A stretch of DNA of 64,000 nucleotides from a bacterium (GCA_018675685.1 JABGXP010000010.1:49427-113426), one strand, 5' to 3'. Shown: positions 47,634 through 58,135, counted from the stretch's first letter. Notes: generated by a model not told the origin, from the sequence alone. Made by a program: numbers and translations.

Positions 47634-50600
47634 ATGAGCGAAGAAGAAAAACAAAAACAAAATGAAGAAAACTCTGATGATGCTCAAAAGGCTAGTCAGA
47701 CAAATGTGAATGACGACGAAGAAAGAGTTGTGTACGAAGAAGATGAATCGCCGGAAGAAAAAGAGCGCCGTCATCTTGAGGCACGAGACAAGAGGCGAGC
47801 AGAAAGAAAAGCCTTAGAAGAAAAGGAGAAAAGGGATGTAAAGGAAAGAAAGAAGAAGAAAAAGGAAGAAATGAACTTTGCTAGAAAAGGGAAGGTTCAA
47901 AAAACCCTAACACACTTGAAAAAGGGTTCCGAGGAAGAAGAGGCTTCAAAACTGGCAAACACACTTCATATCCCGTATCTTGATCTTAATATTTTTCCGA
48001 TTGACCAGGAAAATGTTAAATTTATAGAAGAGGATATTGCGAAAGAGTTAGGAATAGCAGTTGTTCATAAACTAGAAAGATCAATAAAGTTAGTCACGAC
48101 AAACCCTGAAGAGGGAAAAGTCAGGGATTTCATCGCAGAACTAGAAGATGATGGGATGAAAGTCGAACTTTTTATAGTTTCGCAATCATCCATAGAGAGA
48201 GCCTGGGACGAGTATGGAAAGGAAAACTTAGTAGAAATCCTAGATACATTACGAGCGGGGTTAACAGGTGAAGAGTTAGCAGCTTTCGAAAATGATACGA
48301 AAGGTGTTTTGGATATGGATACAAAAATTCGTGACCTTCCAGTAACAAAAGTCTTGAACATGGTTCTGGCTGGAGCTATTAAGTTAGAATCATCGGATAT
48401 TCATTTCGAGCCACAACAAACAAGTAAGGTCCGTTTGAGATTTCGTATAGACGGTGTATTGCAAACAGTAGCATCTTTCCCTGTTCATATATATCCAACG
48501 GTTGTTGCTAGAGTGAAGGTGCTTGGAAAAATGATGATTAATGTGCGAGATATTGCACAAGACGGTCGTTTTTCTGTTGAAAGAGAGGGTCAAGCCCCAA
48601 TGGATTTGCGTGTTTCGATTCTACCAGGTAATTTTGGTGAAAATATTGTGGTTCGTTTGCTTAGTCAAAACATCGATGACTTGTCTTTAGATAAAATGGG
48701 ATTAGAAGGGCTGAATTACGAATGGCTTATTAATGAATCTGAAAAAAAACAGGGTGCTATTATTAATTCTGGACCAACAGGAAGCGGAAAAACAACAACA
48801 TTATATGCGCTTATTAATCGTTTAAATTCCGTTGACAAGAAAATCATTAGTATCGAAAACCCGATTGAATATCAAGTCCCTGGTGTTAGTCAAACCCAAA
48901 TTGAAGAAAGAAAGGGATACACATTTGAAAGTGGCCTGCGGGCAATTATGCGTCAGGACCCAGACATTATCTTGGTCGGTGAGATTCGGGATGAAGCTAC
49001 TGCAGAGATAGCCATTCATGCCTCATTGACTGGTCATCTTGTGCTTTCAACAACTCATGCAAATAGTGCGACGGGGGTGATTGGACGTTTCGTTGATCTT
49101 GGAATTAAACCAAACTTAATAGCCCCTGCAATCAATGCTTTTGTTGCACAACGTCTTCTGAGACGTCTATGCCCACATTGCAAAGAGGAATACAAACCAG
49201 CAAGTGAGACAATTGATATGATTAAGAAAATGTTGGCGCTTATTTCTCCTAAGGCTGATATTTCCATACCTAAGCATATTGAAAAACTTTGGAGACCAAA
49301 GGGTTGTCATAAATGTCATGGACTTGGGTATAAAGGAAGAGTGGGAATTTTTGAGATCCTTGTTATTTCAGAAGAAATCAAAGATGAAATCGAGAGAATG
49401 TCGCCAGAGGATGAAATTAGGAGTGTGGCATTGGAAAATGGAATGATTACTTTGGAGCAGGACGGAATTTTAAAATCTGTTATTGGTACTACCTCAATCG
49501 AGGAATTGCAAAGAGTCGTTGGAAAGGGTGAATACTTGATTGATTTATATGAAAAAATAGTTGTACAATCTTTGGCACGTGGAATTTTTGTTAAAGATGA
49601 AGTTTTGCAGGCTGTTGATAAAATCAGGGATGATTATGAGGCATTCGAAGAACTGTATCGGAAACTTCCGCCAAAGGAATTAATCAAATACATTCTAATT
49701 GGAGCAATATACACAGGAACTGGAGACATTCATATTGAACCAGGGATGAAGCAATTTAAGATTCGATATCGAATTGACGGTGCTTTGCATGATATCGCAC
49801 TTTTGGCAATGAATGATTATTTGACTGTCTTAAATGAGATTAAGAATTTAATGGGAGTTAAAACCGGAAAGCGAGAAGGAGTGATTGATGGGAGATTTAA
49901 AATTATGTATACCAATAAAGACAAGGAGTCAGGAGAGGAGAGTATTGACGTTCGTGTTTCTATTATACTTGGTGGCTTTGGCGATGTAATCGTGATGAGA
50001 CTTTTAAGTCAAAGCGTCCAAGTTGCTAGCTTGGAAAAGTTAAATATAAATGAGTATAATCTTGAGAAAATAAAGAGAAATGTTGCCCGTCCCAATGGGA
50101 TTATTATGGATACAGGACCGACTGGGAGTGGAAAAACTACTACATTGTACAGTCTTTTGAATTATCTTAAGGACCCTAAATTAAAATTAATCACAATTGA
50201 AGATCCAATTGAATATCAAATGGAAGGAGTTTTGCAAACTCAAGTAAAAGAGGAAGAAGATTATACCTTCACGACAGCGATGAGGGTTATTTTACGACAA
50301 GACCCTGATATTGTAATGGTTGGAGAAATAAGAGACTCAGAGAGCGCCAATGCTGCCTATAGAGTAGCTTTAACAGGGCATTTAATCCTAACCACACTAC
50401 ATGCAAACAGTGCAGCAGGAGCTGTGCAAAGACTTTTGAATATGGGTATATCGATGTCGGATCTATCAACTGGTACGAATTGTTTTATTGCACAACGTTT
50501 AGTCAGAGTACTTTGTCCTCATTGCAAAAAAGAAAAAACAGTTGATTCGGAAGAAAAAAAGATAATTGAAAAAGTTTTAAAGGGTGTTTCTCCGAAAGTG

Positions 50601-50945
50601 ACCCTAGATATTCCTGAAAAAGTTGAAAAAATTTGGGAAGCAGTTGGTTGTGAAGAATGCCATAACATTGGTTTCAAGGGAAGAGTTGCAATTACGGAGG
50701 TCTTGGAGATTGATAGAGTAATGCAAAAATTTCTAACCATGAATCCAATCACAGTTGAAATTAGAGAGAAGGCGATTGAAGAGGGAATGTTGACGATGGG
50801 ACAAGAAGGAATCTTGCGTGTTGTAAGAGGGGAAACAACAATCGAAGAGATTTCCCATGTAATTAAAGAGATAGATTTTGTCAAAGTTGAAAAACAAATT
50901 GAGTTAAAGGAAGAAGAATCCGCAACCGAAGAGGTTGTGGTGTGA
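47634..50945 (+). CDS. Tandem-fused double PilB/GspE-family secretion ATPase (two complete ATPase modules in one 1103-aa polypeptide)
   Basis: Module 1: GspE N-terminal domain, Walker A SGPTGSGKTTTLYAL, Asp box DPDIILVGEIRD, His box LTGHLVLSTTHANSA, tetra-Cys CPHCKEE...CHKCHGLGYKGR. Module 2: TGPTGSGKTTTLYSL, DPDIVMVGEIRD, LTGHLILTTLHANSA, CPHCKKE...CEECHNIGFKGR. A ~90-aa charged low-complexity N-terminus. Confidence 0.85.
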   Translation: MSEEEKQKQNEENSDDAQKASQTNVNDDEERVVYEEDESPEEKERRHLEARDKRRAERKALEEKEKRDVKERKKKKKEEMNFARKGKVQKTLTHLKKGSEEEEASKLANTLHIPYLDLNIFPIDQENVKFIEEDIAKELGIAVVHKLERSIKLVTTNPEEGKVRDFIAELEDDGMKVELFIVSQSSIERAWDEYGKENLVEILDTLRAGLTGEELAAFENDTKGVLDMDTKIRDLPVTKVLNMVLAGAIKLESSDIHFEPQQTSKVRLRFRIDGVLQTVASFPVHIYPTVVARVKVLGKMMINVRDIAQDGRFSVEREGQAPMDLRVSILPGNFGENIVVRLLSQNIDDLSLDKMGLEGLNYEWLINESEKKQGAIINSGPTGSGKTTTLYALINRLNSVDKKIISIENPIEYQVPGVSQTQIEERKGYTFESGLRAIMRQDPDIILVGEIRDEATAEIAIHASLTGHLVLSTTHANSATGVIGRFVDLGIKPNLIAPAINAFVAQRLLRRLCPHCKEEYKPASETIDMIKKMLALISPKADISIPKHIEKLWRPKGCHKCHGLGYKGRVGIFEILVISEEIKDEIERMSPEDEIRSVALENGMITLEQDGILKSVIGTTSIEELQRVVGKGEYLIDLYEKIVVQSLARGIFVKDEVLQAVDKIRDDYEAFEELYRKLPPKELIKYILIGAIYTGTGDIHIEPGMKQFKIRYRIDGALHDIALLAMNDYLTVLNEIKNLMGVKTGKREGVIDGRFKIMYTNKDKESGEESIDVRVSIILGGFGDVIVMRLLSQSVQVASLEKLNINEYNLEKIKRNVARPNGIIMDTGPTGSGKTTTLYSLLNYLKDPKLKLITIEDPIEYQMEGVLQTQVKEEEDYTFTTAMRVILRQDPDIVMVGEIRDSESANAAYRVALTGHLILTTLHANSAAGAVQRLLNMGISMSDLSTGTNCFIAQRLVRVLCPHCKKEKTVDSEEKKIIEKVLKGVSPKVTLDIPEKVEKIWEAVGCEECHNIGFKGRVAITEVLEIDRVMQKFLTMNPITVEIREKAIEEGMLTMGQEGILRVVRGETTIEEISHVIKEIDFVKVEKQIELKEEESATEEVVV

Positions 50946-51006
50946 TAAAAAAATACAATAAAAAAACTGCCACTTGGGCAGTTTCAAGGCGCATTTCTAA
51001 GATTAA

Positions 51007-51134
51007 TCTGTAGACAATAAAAGCTTACACGACAAGGTGTAAGGCAGGAATAGAACCGAGGATAGCACAGTCGAAACCACACTAACCTATACTAAGAAAA
51101 ATCCCCTGGGAGTTCAGAGCACCCTTGTCTACAG
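51007..51134. repeat. 128-bp GC-richer element closed by an 11-bp inverted repeat (CTGTAGACAA...TTGTCTACAG); structured RNA or MITE-like
   Basis: Terminal inverted repeats at 51007..51016 and 51125..51134. An internal hairpin CTTACAC-GACAAG-GTGTAAG. Sits between the pilB-fusion terminator and the ruvB promoter. Confidence 0.4.
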
Positions 51135-51317
51135 GTTAACACTAAAAATGTAAAAAAACTCTGACAAAATTCTTAATCCACGTTAAGACATCCTAGCATA
51201 AAGCAAAAAATTTGTCAAGAGATGTTATTGTTTTTATCTTCGAAGAATATTTTTGTGTTGGAAAATTGAAAAAAATGATAGAATGAAAGGGTATGTAAAG
51301 AAAGTAATTCACAGACA

Positions 51318-52322
51318 ATGATTGAAACAAACAAACAAGATGATATAGATGAGCAATTAGATACTACATTGCGCCCTCAGTCGCTAGATGAATATGTTGG
51401 CCAGGAAATTATCAAGAAAAACCTTCATATTTTGATGGGTGCAGCTAAAAAAAGGAAAGAAGCTCTTGATCATATTTTGTTATTCGGACCCCCCGGACTC
51501 GGTAAGACTACTTTAGCTCACATTATTTCAAGAGAAATGGGCGCCGGAATCAAAACAACATCAGGACCTGCGATCGAAAGAGTTGGTGACCTTGGCTCCA
51601 TTTTGACTAACTTAAACGACGGAGATGTTCTGTTTATAGATGAAATTCACAGATTGAGTAAGGTTGTAGAGGAAGTTCTGTACCCTGCTATGGAGGATGG
51701 GAAGCTGGATATTATAGTTGGCAAAGGTCCGTCTGCAAGGACAATTCAATTGGAACTGCCAAATTTTACACTTATTGGAGCTACCACAAGAATGGGAATG
51801 TTATCGGCACCACTTAGAAACAGGTTCGGGGTGATTAACAAACTCGAGTTTTATTCAGAAGAAGAGATGTGTCAAATTATTGAAAGAAATGGCAAAATTC
51901 TTGGAGTAAAAACAGATCCTCAAGGAAGAGTAAGAATTGCAAAATGTGCCAGAAAAACACCAAGAATTGTGAATAGATTGCTTAAGAGGGTGAGGGATTA
52001 TGCACAAATGAATGATCATTCAATTATCTCCAATAACACAGTTGCTGCTACTTTTGAAATCCTAGATATAGATCATTTGGGACTAGAATCATCAGACAGA
52101 GAAGTTTTAAGTATTATGATTGATAAATTTTCTGGAGGACCAGTTGGTGTTCAAACCATAGCTGCAGCTTTCTCTGAGGATGTTCAAACGATAGAAGAAG
52201 TATATGAACCGTTCTTAATGCAACTTGGGTTCGTTGAAAGAACTCCACGAGGGCGACGTGTAACAGATGCAGCATATAAACATTTAGGAGTGAAAATTCC
52301 TGAAAACAGAGAACAGATCTAA
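51318..52322 (+). CDS. ruvB: Holliday junction branch-migration helicase RuvB
   Basis: [13 protein letters not shown], Walker [12 protein letters not shown], Walker B DEIHRL, sensor motifs. 334 aa. Confidence 0.95.
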   Translation: MIETNKQDDIDEQLDTTLRPQSLDEYVGQEIIKKNLHILMGAAKKRKEALDHILLFGPPGLGKTTLAHIISREMGAGIKTTSGPAIERVGDLGSILTNLNDGDVLFIDEIHRLSKVVEEVLYPAMEDGKLDIIVGKGPSARTIQLELPNFTLIGATTRMGMLSAPLRNRFGVINKLEFYSEEEMCQIIERNGKILGVKTDPQGRVRIAKCARKTPRIVNRLLKRVRDYAQMNDHSIISNNTVAATFEILDIDHLGLESSDREVLSIMIDKFSGGPVGVQTIAAAFSEDVQTIEEVYEPFLMQLGFVERTPRGRRVTDAAYKHLGVKIPENREQI

Positions 52323-52344
52323 TATGTAACAATTTTTTGATTAA

Positions 52345-52605
52345 ATGATAAACCTACTCTTAATTGCATACTTTATTTTTCTCCTATTCTTTTTTGGTGG
52401 AAGTTTGGCTGTTGTTTATCATCTCAAAGTGAATAAACTAAACGAAAAAGTATCGACGATTACAACACTTTTTTTTATTGTTGGATGTTTACTTGTTCTA
52501 ACTTTTAATATTTCAAATGCGATTCAAGTTGACTGGAAATTACTTTCTTTCGATCTCGGAGAGATTCCAGTGAGCTTAGAGCTAGAAGATTCTTCATATG
52601 AATAA
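52345..52605 (+). CDS. Hypothetical small membrane protein (2 TM)
   Basis: 86 aa. Stop overlaps the start of the next gene (ATGAATAA). Confidence 0.35.
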   Translation: MINLLLIAYFIFLLFFFGGSLAVVYHLKVNKLNEKVSTITTLFFIVGCLLVLTFNISNAIQVDWKLLSFDLGEIPVSLELEDSSYE

Positions 52606-53194
52606 ACCAAAAGGTAACTACCAACACAGATTTCTAGACTATCATTTCAAAGGAAAAAGAGATGGTGAGGAAATCATTTTGATCCTAAGGAGACATTGGT
52701 TGATTTTAGTCGCGAAATTGATACCATTTGGATTTTTTTCAATTGGTCTTATCGCAATTTTTTTTCTCGCACCAATTTTAACAGAATTTCTCCCTATTGT
52801 GATTGATAACAATGTTTTTAATGTAGTAATGAGCTTCTTTTTTATGGGTTTTTGGTTAAGCCTTTTTGTGATGTGGATTGATTTTTATTACGATGTTTGG
52901 ATCGTCACAGATCAGAGGATTATTAGTATTGAACAGTTGGGCTTGTTTCGACGTGAAATAAGCGAACTAGAACATGGGAAAATTCAGGATGTGACAACGG
53001 AAATTCATGGGATAGTCCCAACTTTACTGAAGTTCGGCCAAGTGTATATCCAAACTGCTGGAGAAAAAGCTCGCTTCACTTTTAAGCAAGTGGAGAATCC
53101 TGTTATGATTAGATCAGTGGTCATGGCATTGCAGAAAAATGCGATAAAACAACAAAAAAGAGAAGAGGGTGCGATAATGAGAGGTAAAGTTTAA
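52598..53194 (+). CDS. Bacterial PH-domain (bPH_2/DUF304-like) membrane protein
   Basis: Two TM helices then YDVWIVTDQRIISIE...GLFRREI...IQDV pattern typical of YdbS/YdbT bPH_2 domains. Confidence 0.45.
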   Translation: MNKPKGNYQHRFLDYHFKGKRDGEEIILILRRHWLILVAKLIPFGFFSIGLIAIFFLAPILTEFLPIVIDNNVFNVVMSFFFMGFWLSLFVMWIDFYYDVWIVTDQRIISIEQLGLFRREISELEHGKIQDVTTEIHGIVPTLLKFGQVYIQTAGEKARFTFKQVENPVMIRSVVMALQKNAIKQQKREEGAIMRGKV

Positions 53195-53277
53195 GGGGAA
53201 TAAAAATAATCTTAAGGTAATTTTTTAGTATGCTTATAGGAGCTAGTTTTATTAGAAAATAATATCTACATATCAAA

Positions 53278-54069
53278 ATGAAAAAGAAACCTCAAAAAAG
53301 TTTCATGTTGTGGCAAAAAATAGGACTTCTCACATTGGCTACTTTTGTGATTGGCTACATAGCAATTCTAGTTTTTCCTCAAAAAGGAAAGACCATTTCA
53401 AGACTTAGCACAAAAGAACATTCTCTCAAAATAAACCTGGATAAGAGTATGTATAAAACTGAAGAGATAATGGAAGTAAGGATTGTGAATATTTCAGAAC
53501 AACTGGTTTACTTTCAAAAACCATGTGACGATTTGCCCGAAATTTTATTTTATGACAAAGAAAATAGCTGGACAACGGTCAAGAACTACAGCTCCAAGAT
53601 GTGTGATTTGGAGTTTGCGAAACTAGCCCCAAACGAAAAGCTAAAAATCACAGTTCGCCCAGAAGTATATAAACTTTTAGAAGGACAACATACTTATAGA
53701 TTCTCCTTACGGTATACCCAAGAAGAAGTCAAAGAAGAGAAAGATTTATCTCGGAAGGTATTGTCTAAGATGCCAACAGTTTATTCTCAAAAAATAACAA
53801 TCAATAATTTACTAGGAGTTGATCAAAAAAAAGAGTGCAGCACTGATAATGATTGCGAAGTGCGCTTTTCCCAGTGTGATTGTGGCTCCCATTGTGTAAA
53901 AAAGAACAAAGAGTGGAAAGATTGTGCTAAGGTCTGTAGCGATGATATTGTCCAAGGGGAGTTAGTTGAGTGTGGCTGTACAAACGGTCTATGCTCAGAG
54001 AATAAGCCAGAACTAGAACTGAACGAGAAGGAATCTTCAAAAGTGAAAATATTTAATACTACCTCATGA
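53278..54069 (+). CDS. Hypothetical membrane-anchored/secreted protein with Cys-rich C-terminus
   Basis: N-terminal TM helix. C-terminal ~60 aa contain about 10 Cys (CSTDNDCEVRFSQCDCGSHCVKK...CAKVCSDD...CGCTNGLCSEN). Confidence 0.4.
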   Translation: MKKKPQKSFMLWQKIGLLTLATFVIGYIAILVFPQKGKTISRLSTKEHSLKINLDKSMYKTEEIMEVRIVNISEQLVYFQKPCDDLPEILFYDKENSWTTVKNYSSKMCDLEFAKLAPNEKLKITVRPEVYKLLEGQHTYRFSLRYTQEEVKEEKDLSRKVLSKMPTVYSQKITINNLLGVDQKKECSTDNDCEVRFSQCDCGSHCVKKNKEWKDCAKVCSDDIVQGELVECGCTNGLCSENKPELELNEKESSKVKIFNTTS

Positions 54070-55097
54070 ACGTGAAGAATCATAGAATGGTATATAGTTT
54101 AATCTCAGGGAGTTTAATTCTCTTTTCTTTGGGTTGGTTTTGTCTCTATAATGCTTTCTATGTAAATAATTACAATGGTTTAATATTGCCCATCTTCCTC
54201 TTCCTTTTTGCCTTCGCACTCTTTTACTTTTTAGTCGTTATCGAACATAATCTCAAAGTCCTATATATTGTTTGCTCTCTTGGAATGCTAGGAGCTGTTT
54301 CTTTAGGAAGGGAGTATTTAATAAGTTCCTTCTTAGTTTGGATTTTGACCTCCATCTCATGTATCTTAGCAATCAAAAGAATAAAAACAGAGCAATATAA
54401 TAGAATAAAAATCAGCGTCTATAGAACCTTGAAAAGAGGGATTCCAATCATAGGAACAGTTTTCTGTCTTTTAATTGCAGTCGGTTTTTATTTCTCGATA
54501 GCTAACTTCCAAAACCTTGGAAATATCCCAAGATTCAAAGTCAAGCTCCCCATCGAAACAACCAAACTAGCCTTTGGAGTTATGAATGCATTTATGCCGA
54601 ATGAGGAAATTTCTTGGATTGTGGAAGGTGTGACAGTAGACGAATATTTCCAGAAAATTTTGCGCTCGCAGGACATTTCACTAGAAGGTACAGTTCTGCA
54701 GGAGATTAAAAATGAAGTTGATGAGGATACAAAAAAACAGATGGCAGCTGGAATAGAACGAGAAATATGGGAAAAAGAACGAACAGTGATTGTGAAGAAT
54801 AGAGAAATGTTGCAGGATAAATTAGGAATAGAACTTGAAGGAAATGAACGGATTGACGAAGTGTTGCATGGTTTAATCAATAAAAGATTGAATGATTTCA
54901 TTAATGGAAGGGTAGTTTCATCAGACGTTTTGCCCGTTGGGGGAGCATTTGCATTATTTATAACACTAAGGTCTATTGTGTGGGTTTCCAATATGATTTT
55001 GTTCTGGACAGTTTCGGTAATCTTCTCTATACTTGTTAGACTGGGTAAGATTAAGATTAAGAAAGAGAATCAAGAAGTTGAAGTTATCGAAATCTAA
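54066..55097 (+). CDS. Hypothetical polytopic membrane protein
   Basis: 343 aa. Start overlaps the previous stop (ATGA). About six N-terminal TM helices, a soluble middle, and C-terminal TM helices. Confidence 0.4.
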   Translation: MNVKNHRMVYSLISGSLILFSLGWFCLYNAFYVNNYNGLILPIFLFLFAFALFYFLVVIEHNLKVLYIVCSLGMLGAVSLGREYLISSFLVWILTSISCILAIKRIKTEQYNRIKISVYRTLKRGIPIIGTVFCLLIAVGFYFSIANFQNLGNIPRFKVKLPIETTKLAFGVMNAFMPNEEISWIVEGVTVDEYFQKILRSQDISLEGTVLQEIKNEVDEDTKKQMAAGIEREIWEKERTVIVKNREMLQDKLGIELEGNERIDEVLHGLINKRLNDFINGRVVSSDVLPVGGAFALFITLRSIVWVSNMILFWTVSVIFSILVRLGKIKIKKENQEVEVIEI

Positions 55098-55138
55098 ATT
55101 TCCTAGTAGAATAATAAAAAATTAGCGATTTATATAAA

Positions 55139-56227
55139 ATGAGTAAGGATCTTTATTCTATTTTGGGCGTCGATAAGAACGCCTCAGACGATGAGATAAA
55201 AAAAGCATATAGAAAACTCGCGCACAAACATCACCCAGACAAAAAGGGTGGAGATGAGGCCAAGTTTAAAGAAATCAATGGAGCTTACCAAACACTTTCC
55301 GATAAGCAAAAGCGTGGACAATACGACCAATTCGGTCAAACATTCGAAGGTGCAAGTAATGGAGCTGGCGGAGGTGCTGCTGGCGGAGGTTTTGATTTTA
55401 ACTTTGGGCAGGCTAGCGGAAATGCTGGCGGAGGTTTTGAGGATTTATTCTCAGATCTATTTTCGCAAACAGGTTTTGGTGGAGCATCTGCTCCAGGGGA
55501 AAAAGTCGGCTCTGATATTGCAGTTGATATAGAAATTACTTTTAAAGAGATGGCGCTTGGTGTTGAAAAAGAAGTGGAATTATATAAGAAAATTCTGTGT
55601 AAGCATTGTGATGGGACTGGTGCAAAAAACAAAAACACAAAAACATGTAATGCTTGTGGTGGTGCTGGAAAAGTCCATAAAACAATGAGATCAATGTTTG
55701 GTGCAATTCAACAAGTTGTAGTTTGTGAAAAATGTCATGGGAAGGGGCAGATTCCAAAAGATAAATGTGATAAATGCGGAGGAGATGGAGTAGTCAGAGA
55801 TTACCAAAAAGTTAATATCAAGATTCCAGCAGGAATTGAAAGCGGGCAAACAATCAGAGCGACTGGTCACGGGGAAATGCCAGCAGGAGGAGGACACGCC
55901 GGAAATCTTTTCATTACAATTCATGTAAAATCAGAACCAGGCTTCGAAAGAAGCAACGATGATATTGTTTCAAGAGCAGAAATTTCTTTTTCACAAGCCT
56001 CTCTTGGTGATAAAATAGATGTTAAAACAATAGAAGGTGTTATGAGGATGAAAGTCAGCGCTGGAACTCAGTCTGGCGATATTTTCAAGATTAAAAATAA
56101 GGGAATTAATCGCGAAGATAGATTTGGAAGAGGAAGTCATTTAGTGAAAATTGCAGTGAAGACCCCAAAGAGTCTGACAAGAGACCAAAGAAGATTAGTG
56201 AAGAAACTGCAAGAAGAAGGATTGTAA
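55139..56227 (+). CDS. dnaJ: Chaperone DnaJ
   Basis: J-domain with HPD (AHKHHPDKK), a G/F region, and four CxxCxGxG zinc-finger repeats. Confidence 0.95.
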   Translation: MSKDLYSILGVDKNASDDEIKKAYRKLAHKHHPDKKGGDEAKFKEINGAYQTLSDKQKRGQYDQFGQTFEGASNGAGGGAAGGGFDFNFGQASGNAGGGFEDLFSDLFSQTGFGGASAPGEKVGSDIAVDIEITFKEMALGVEKEVELYKKILCKHCDGTGAKNKNTKTCNACGGAGKVHKTMRSMFGAIQQVVVCEKCHGKGQIPKDKCDKCGGDGVVRDYQKVNIKIPAGIESGQTIRATGHGEMPAGGGHAGNLFITIHVKSEPGFERSNDDIVSRAEISFSQASLGDKIDVKTIEGVMRMKVSAGTQSGDIFKIKNKGINREDRFGRGSHLVKIAVKTPKSLTRDQRRLVKKLQEEGL

Positions 56228-56427
56228 TCTTAGAGTATGATTCGAAAACATGGAGATGACCTATTTTTTATTGGGTCATCTTTTATTTTAGGGTAGAAAG
56301 ATGAAATATCGTTAATTGCGATGAAGAGATATGGGAAGCAGAAATAATTCACCAAGATTAATTGTCTTGGGTGTACCCATTATATTTAAAGGTGATTTGA
56401 TATCAAAGCTGTTGATTATTTTTTTCC

Positions 56428-56456
56428 TTGCAAAAAACTTCCTGCTCTAATACAAT
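56428..56456 (+). promoter_or_regulatory. Promoter TTGCAA-N17-TACAAT for murA; spacer conserved with the promoter at 60509..60537
   Basis: TTGCAAAAAACTTCCTGCTCTAATACAATG versus TTGCCAAAACAACCCAGCTTTAATACAATG. Confidence 0.5.
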
Positions 56457-56492
56457 GTATGTAGCACTTAAACGCTTAAATTAAGATAAAAA

Positions 56493-57794
56493 ATGCAAAA
56501 TTTTGAAATAAACGGAGGGAAAAAACTCCACGGAGAGATTGAGGTAAATGGTTCAAAGAATGCAACTGTGGCTATTTTGGCTGCCTCCGTTTTAAATGAA
56601 GGAATAACGACCTTAAGAAATGTTCCACAAATTGAAGAAGTAAATCGTTGGGTTGAAGTCTTGGAGAGTATCGGAATGCAAATTAAACGCAAGGGAAAAA
56701 CTTTGACTTTGAAAGCGCCGAAAACTATTGAGATTAAGAAGATAAACAGGGAAGCTGCAGAAAAAACTCGTAGCGCGATAATGTTAATGAGTTCTTTAGC
56801 TGGAAAATTTAGAAAATATTCCATCCCCCAAGCTGGTGGCTGTAAACTCGGAGCTCGAACTGTGAAGCCCCACCTTTTTGTATTGGAAAATTTTGGGATT
56901 AAAATTAAAGCAAAAGAAGACTGCTTTGAAGTTGACGCTGGAAAATTTAATAAAGCAGGCAAGGTAGTGCTTTACGAATCTGGCGATACCGTAACTGAAT
57001 CGGCCCTTATGGCGGCAGCTCAAATTCCAGAGGAAACAACAATTAAGATGGCAACCTCAAATTACATGGTTCAAGATCTTTGTTTTTTCTTAGAGAAATT
57101 GGGTGTTAAGATCAGTGGTATTGGTGGAACAACCTTAAAAGTAGAGGGTCTGAAAAAGATAAACAAAAATATTGTTTATGAGATTAGTGAAGATCCGATT
57201 GAGGCAATGTTTTTTATCTCTTTGGCTATTACAACAAAAAGCAAACTACTTGTTAAAAGGTGCCCGTTGGAATTTTTAGAGCTTGAATTGTTGAAATTAG
57301 AAAAGATGGGTCAGAAATATGTTGTTAAACAAGAGTATAAAGCTAAAAATGGGCATACTGATTTAGTGGATCTTGAAATCATTCCTTCTAAGCTAATAGC
57401 GTTAGAAGAAAAATTGCATGGACTACCTTTCCCTGGACTTAATATGGACAATCTTCCTTTTTTTGTTCCAATAGCAATGGTGGCTAAGGGAAAAACTTTA
57501 ATTCATGATTGGGTTTATGAGAACAGAGCTGTTTATTTTACTGAACTTAATAGGCTTGGTGCGAATATATCCCTCTTGGATCCGCATCGAGTTTATGTTG
57601 AAGGCCCGACCACTATTAGAAATGCCGAAATGATGTCACCACCAGCGCTCCGTCCAGCAGCAATAATTCTTGTTGCGATGTTAGCAGCAAAAGGAAGGTC
57701 AGTTTTAAGAGATGTGTATTCAATTAATCGTGGGTATGAAAATTTAGAAGAGAGACTGCAAAGCATAGGAGCTGATATCAAGAGTGTAATATAG
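56493..57794 (+). CDS. murA: UDP-N-acetylglucosamine 1-carboxyvinyltransferase MurA
   Basis: FEINGGKKLHGEIEVNGSKNATVAILAASVL. Two-domain EPT fold. 433 aa. Confidence 0.9.
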   Translation: MQNFEINGGKKLHGEIEVNGSKNATVAILAASVLNEGITTLRNVPQIEEVNRWVEVLESIGMQIKRKGKTLTLKAPKTIEIKKINREAAEKTRSAIMLMSSLAGKFRKYSIPQAGGCKLGARTVKPHLFVLENFGIKIKAKEDCFEVDAGKFNKAGKVVLYESGDTVTESALMAAAQIPEETTIKMATSNYMVQDLCFFLEKLGVKISGIGGTTLKVEGLKKINKNIVYEISEDPIEAMFFISLAITTKSKLLVKRCPLEFLELELLKLEKMGQKYVVKQEYKAKNGHTDLVDLEIIPSKLIALEEKLHGLPFPGLNMDNLPFFVPIAMVAKGKTLIHDWVYENRAVYFTELNRLGANISLLDPHRVYVEGPTTIRNAEMMSPPALRPAAIILVAMLAAKGRSVLRDVYSINRGYENLEERLQSIGADIKSVI

Positions 57795-57798
57795 CCAA

Positions 57799-58122
57799 AT
57801 GAAAAAATACTACAAAGCAATTTCTGATTTTCACAAAAAATTTAAGATGAAAAACACAAATAATGAAGAGATGACGTTTCGTTTAAATTTGATGACTGAA
57901 GAATTAGGGGAATTAGCACAGGCCGTGACCAAAGGGAAGGGGAGGGAAGCAATCATAGAGGAAAATATCGATTTGTTGAATTTGGTTATTGGAAATTTTG
58001 TAAGTCTTGGGATCTCAGTCAAGGAAGTGGATGAAGCATTTTGGAAAAAGCATGGAGAAATTATGGGCAGGAAAAAGAGGTTAATAAGCGGAGAAAATTT
58101 TAGAATTTCAGATTTTAAATAA
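57799..58122 (+). CDS. MazG-like nucleotide pyrophosphohydrolase (small all-alpha NTP-PPase)
   Basis: RLNLMTEELGELAQAV ... EENIDLLNLVI, the EExxE/EExxD metal-binding helices of the MazG family. Confidence 0.6.
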   Translation: MKKYYKAISDFHKKFKMKNTNNEEMTFRLNLMTEELGELAQAVTKGKGREAIIEENIDLLNLVIGNFVSLGISVKEVDEAFWKKHGEIMGRKKRLISGENFRISDFK

Positions 58123-58135
58123 CACAAGAAAGTAA

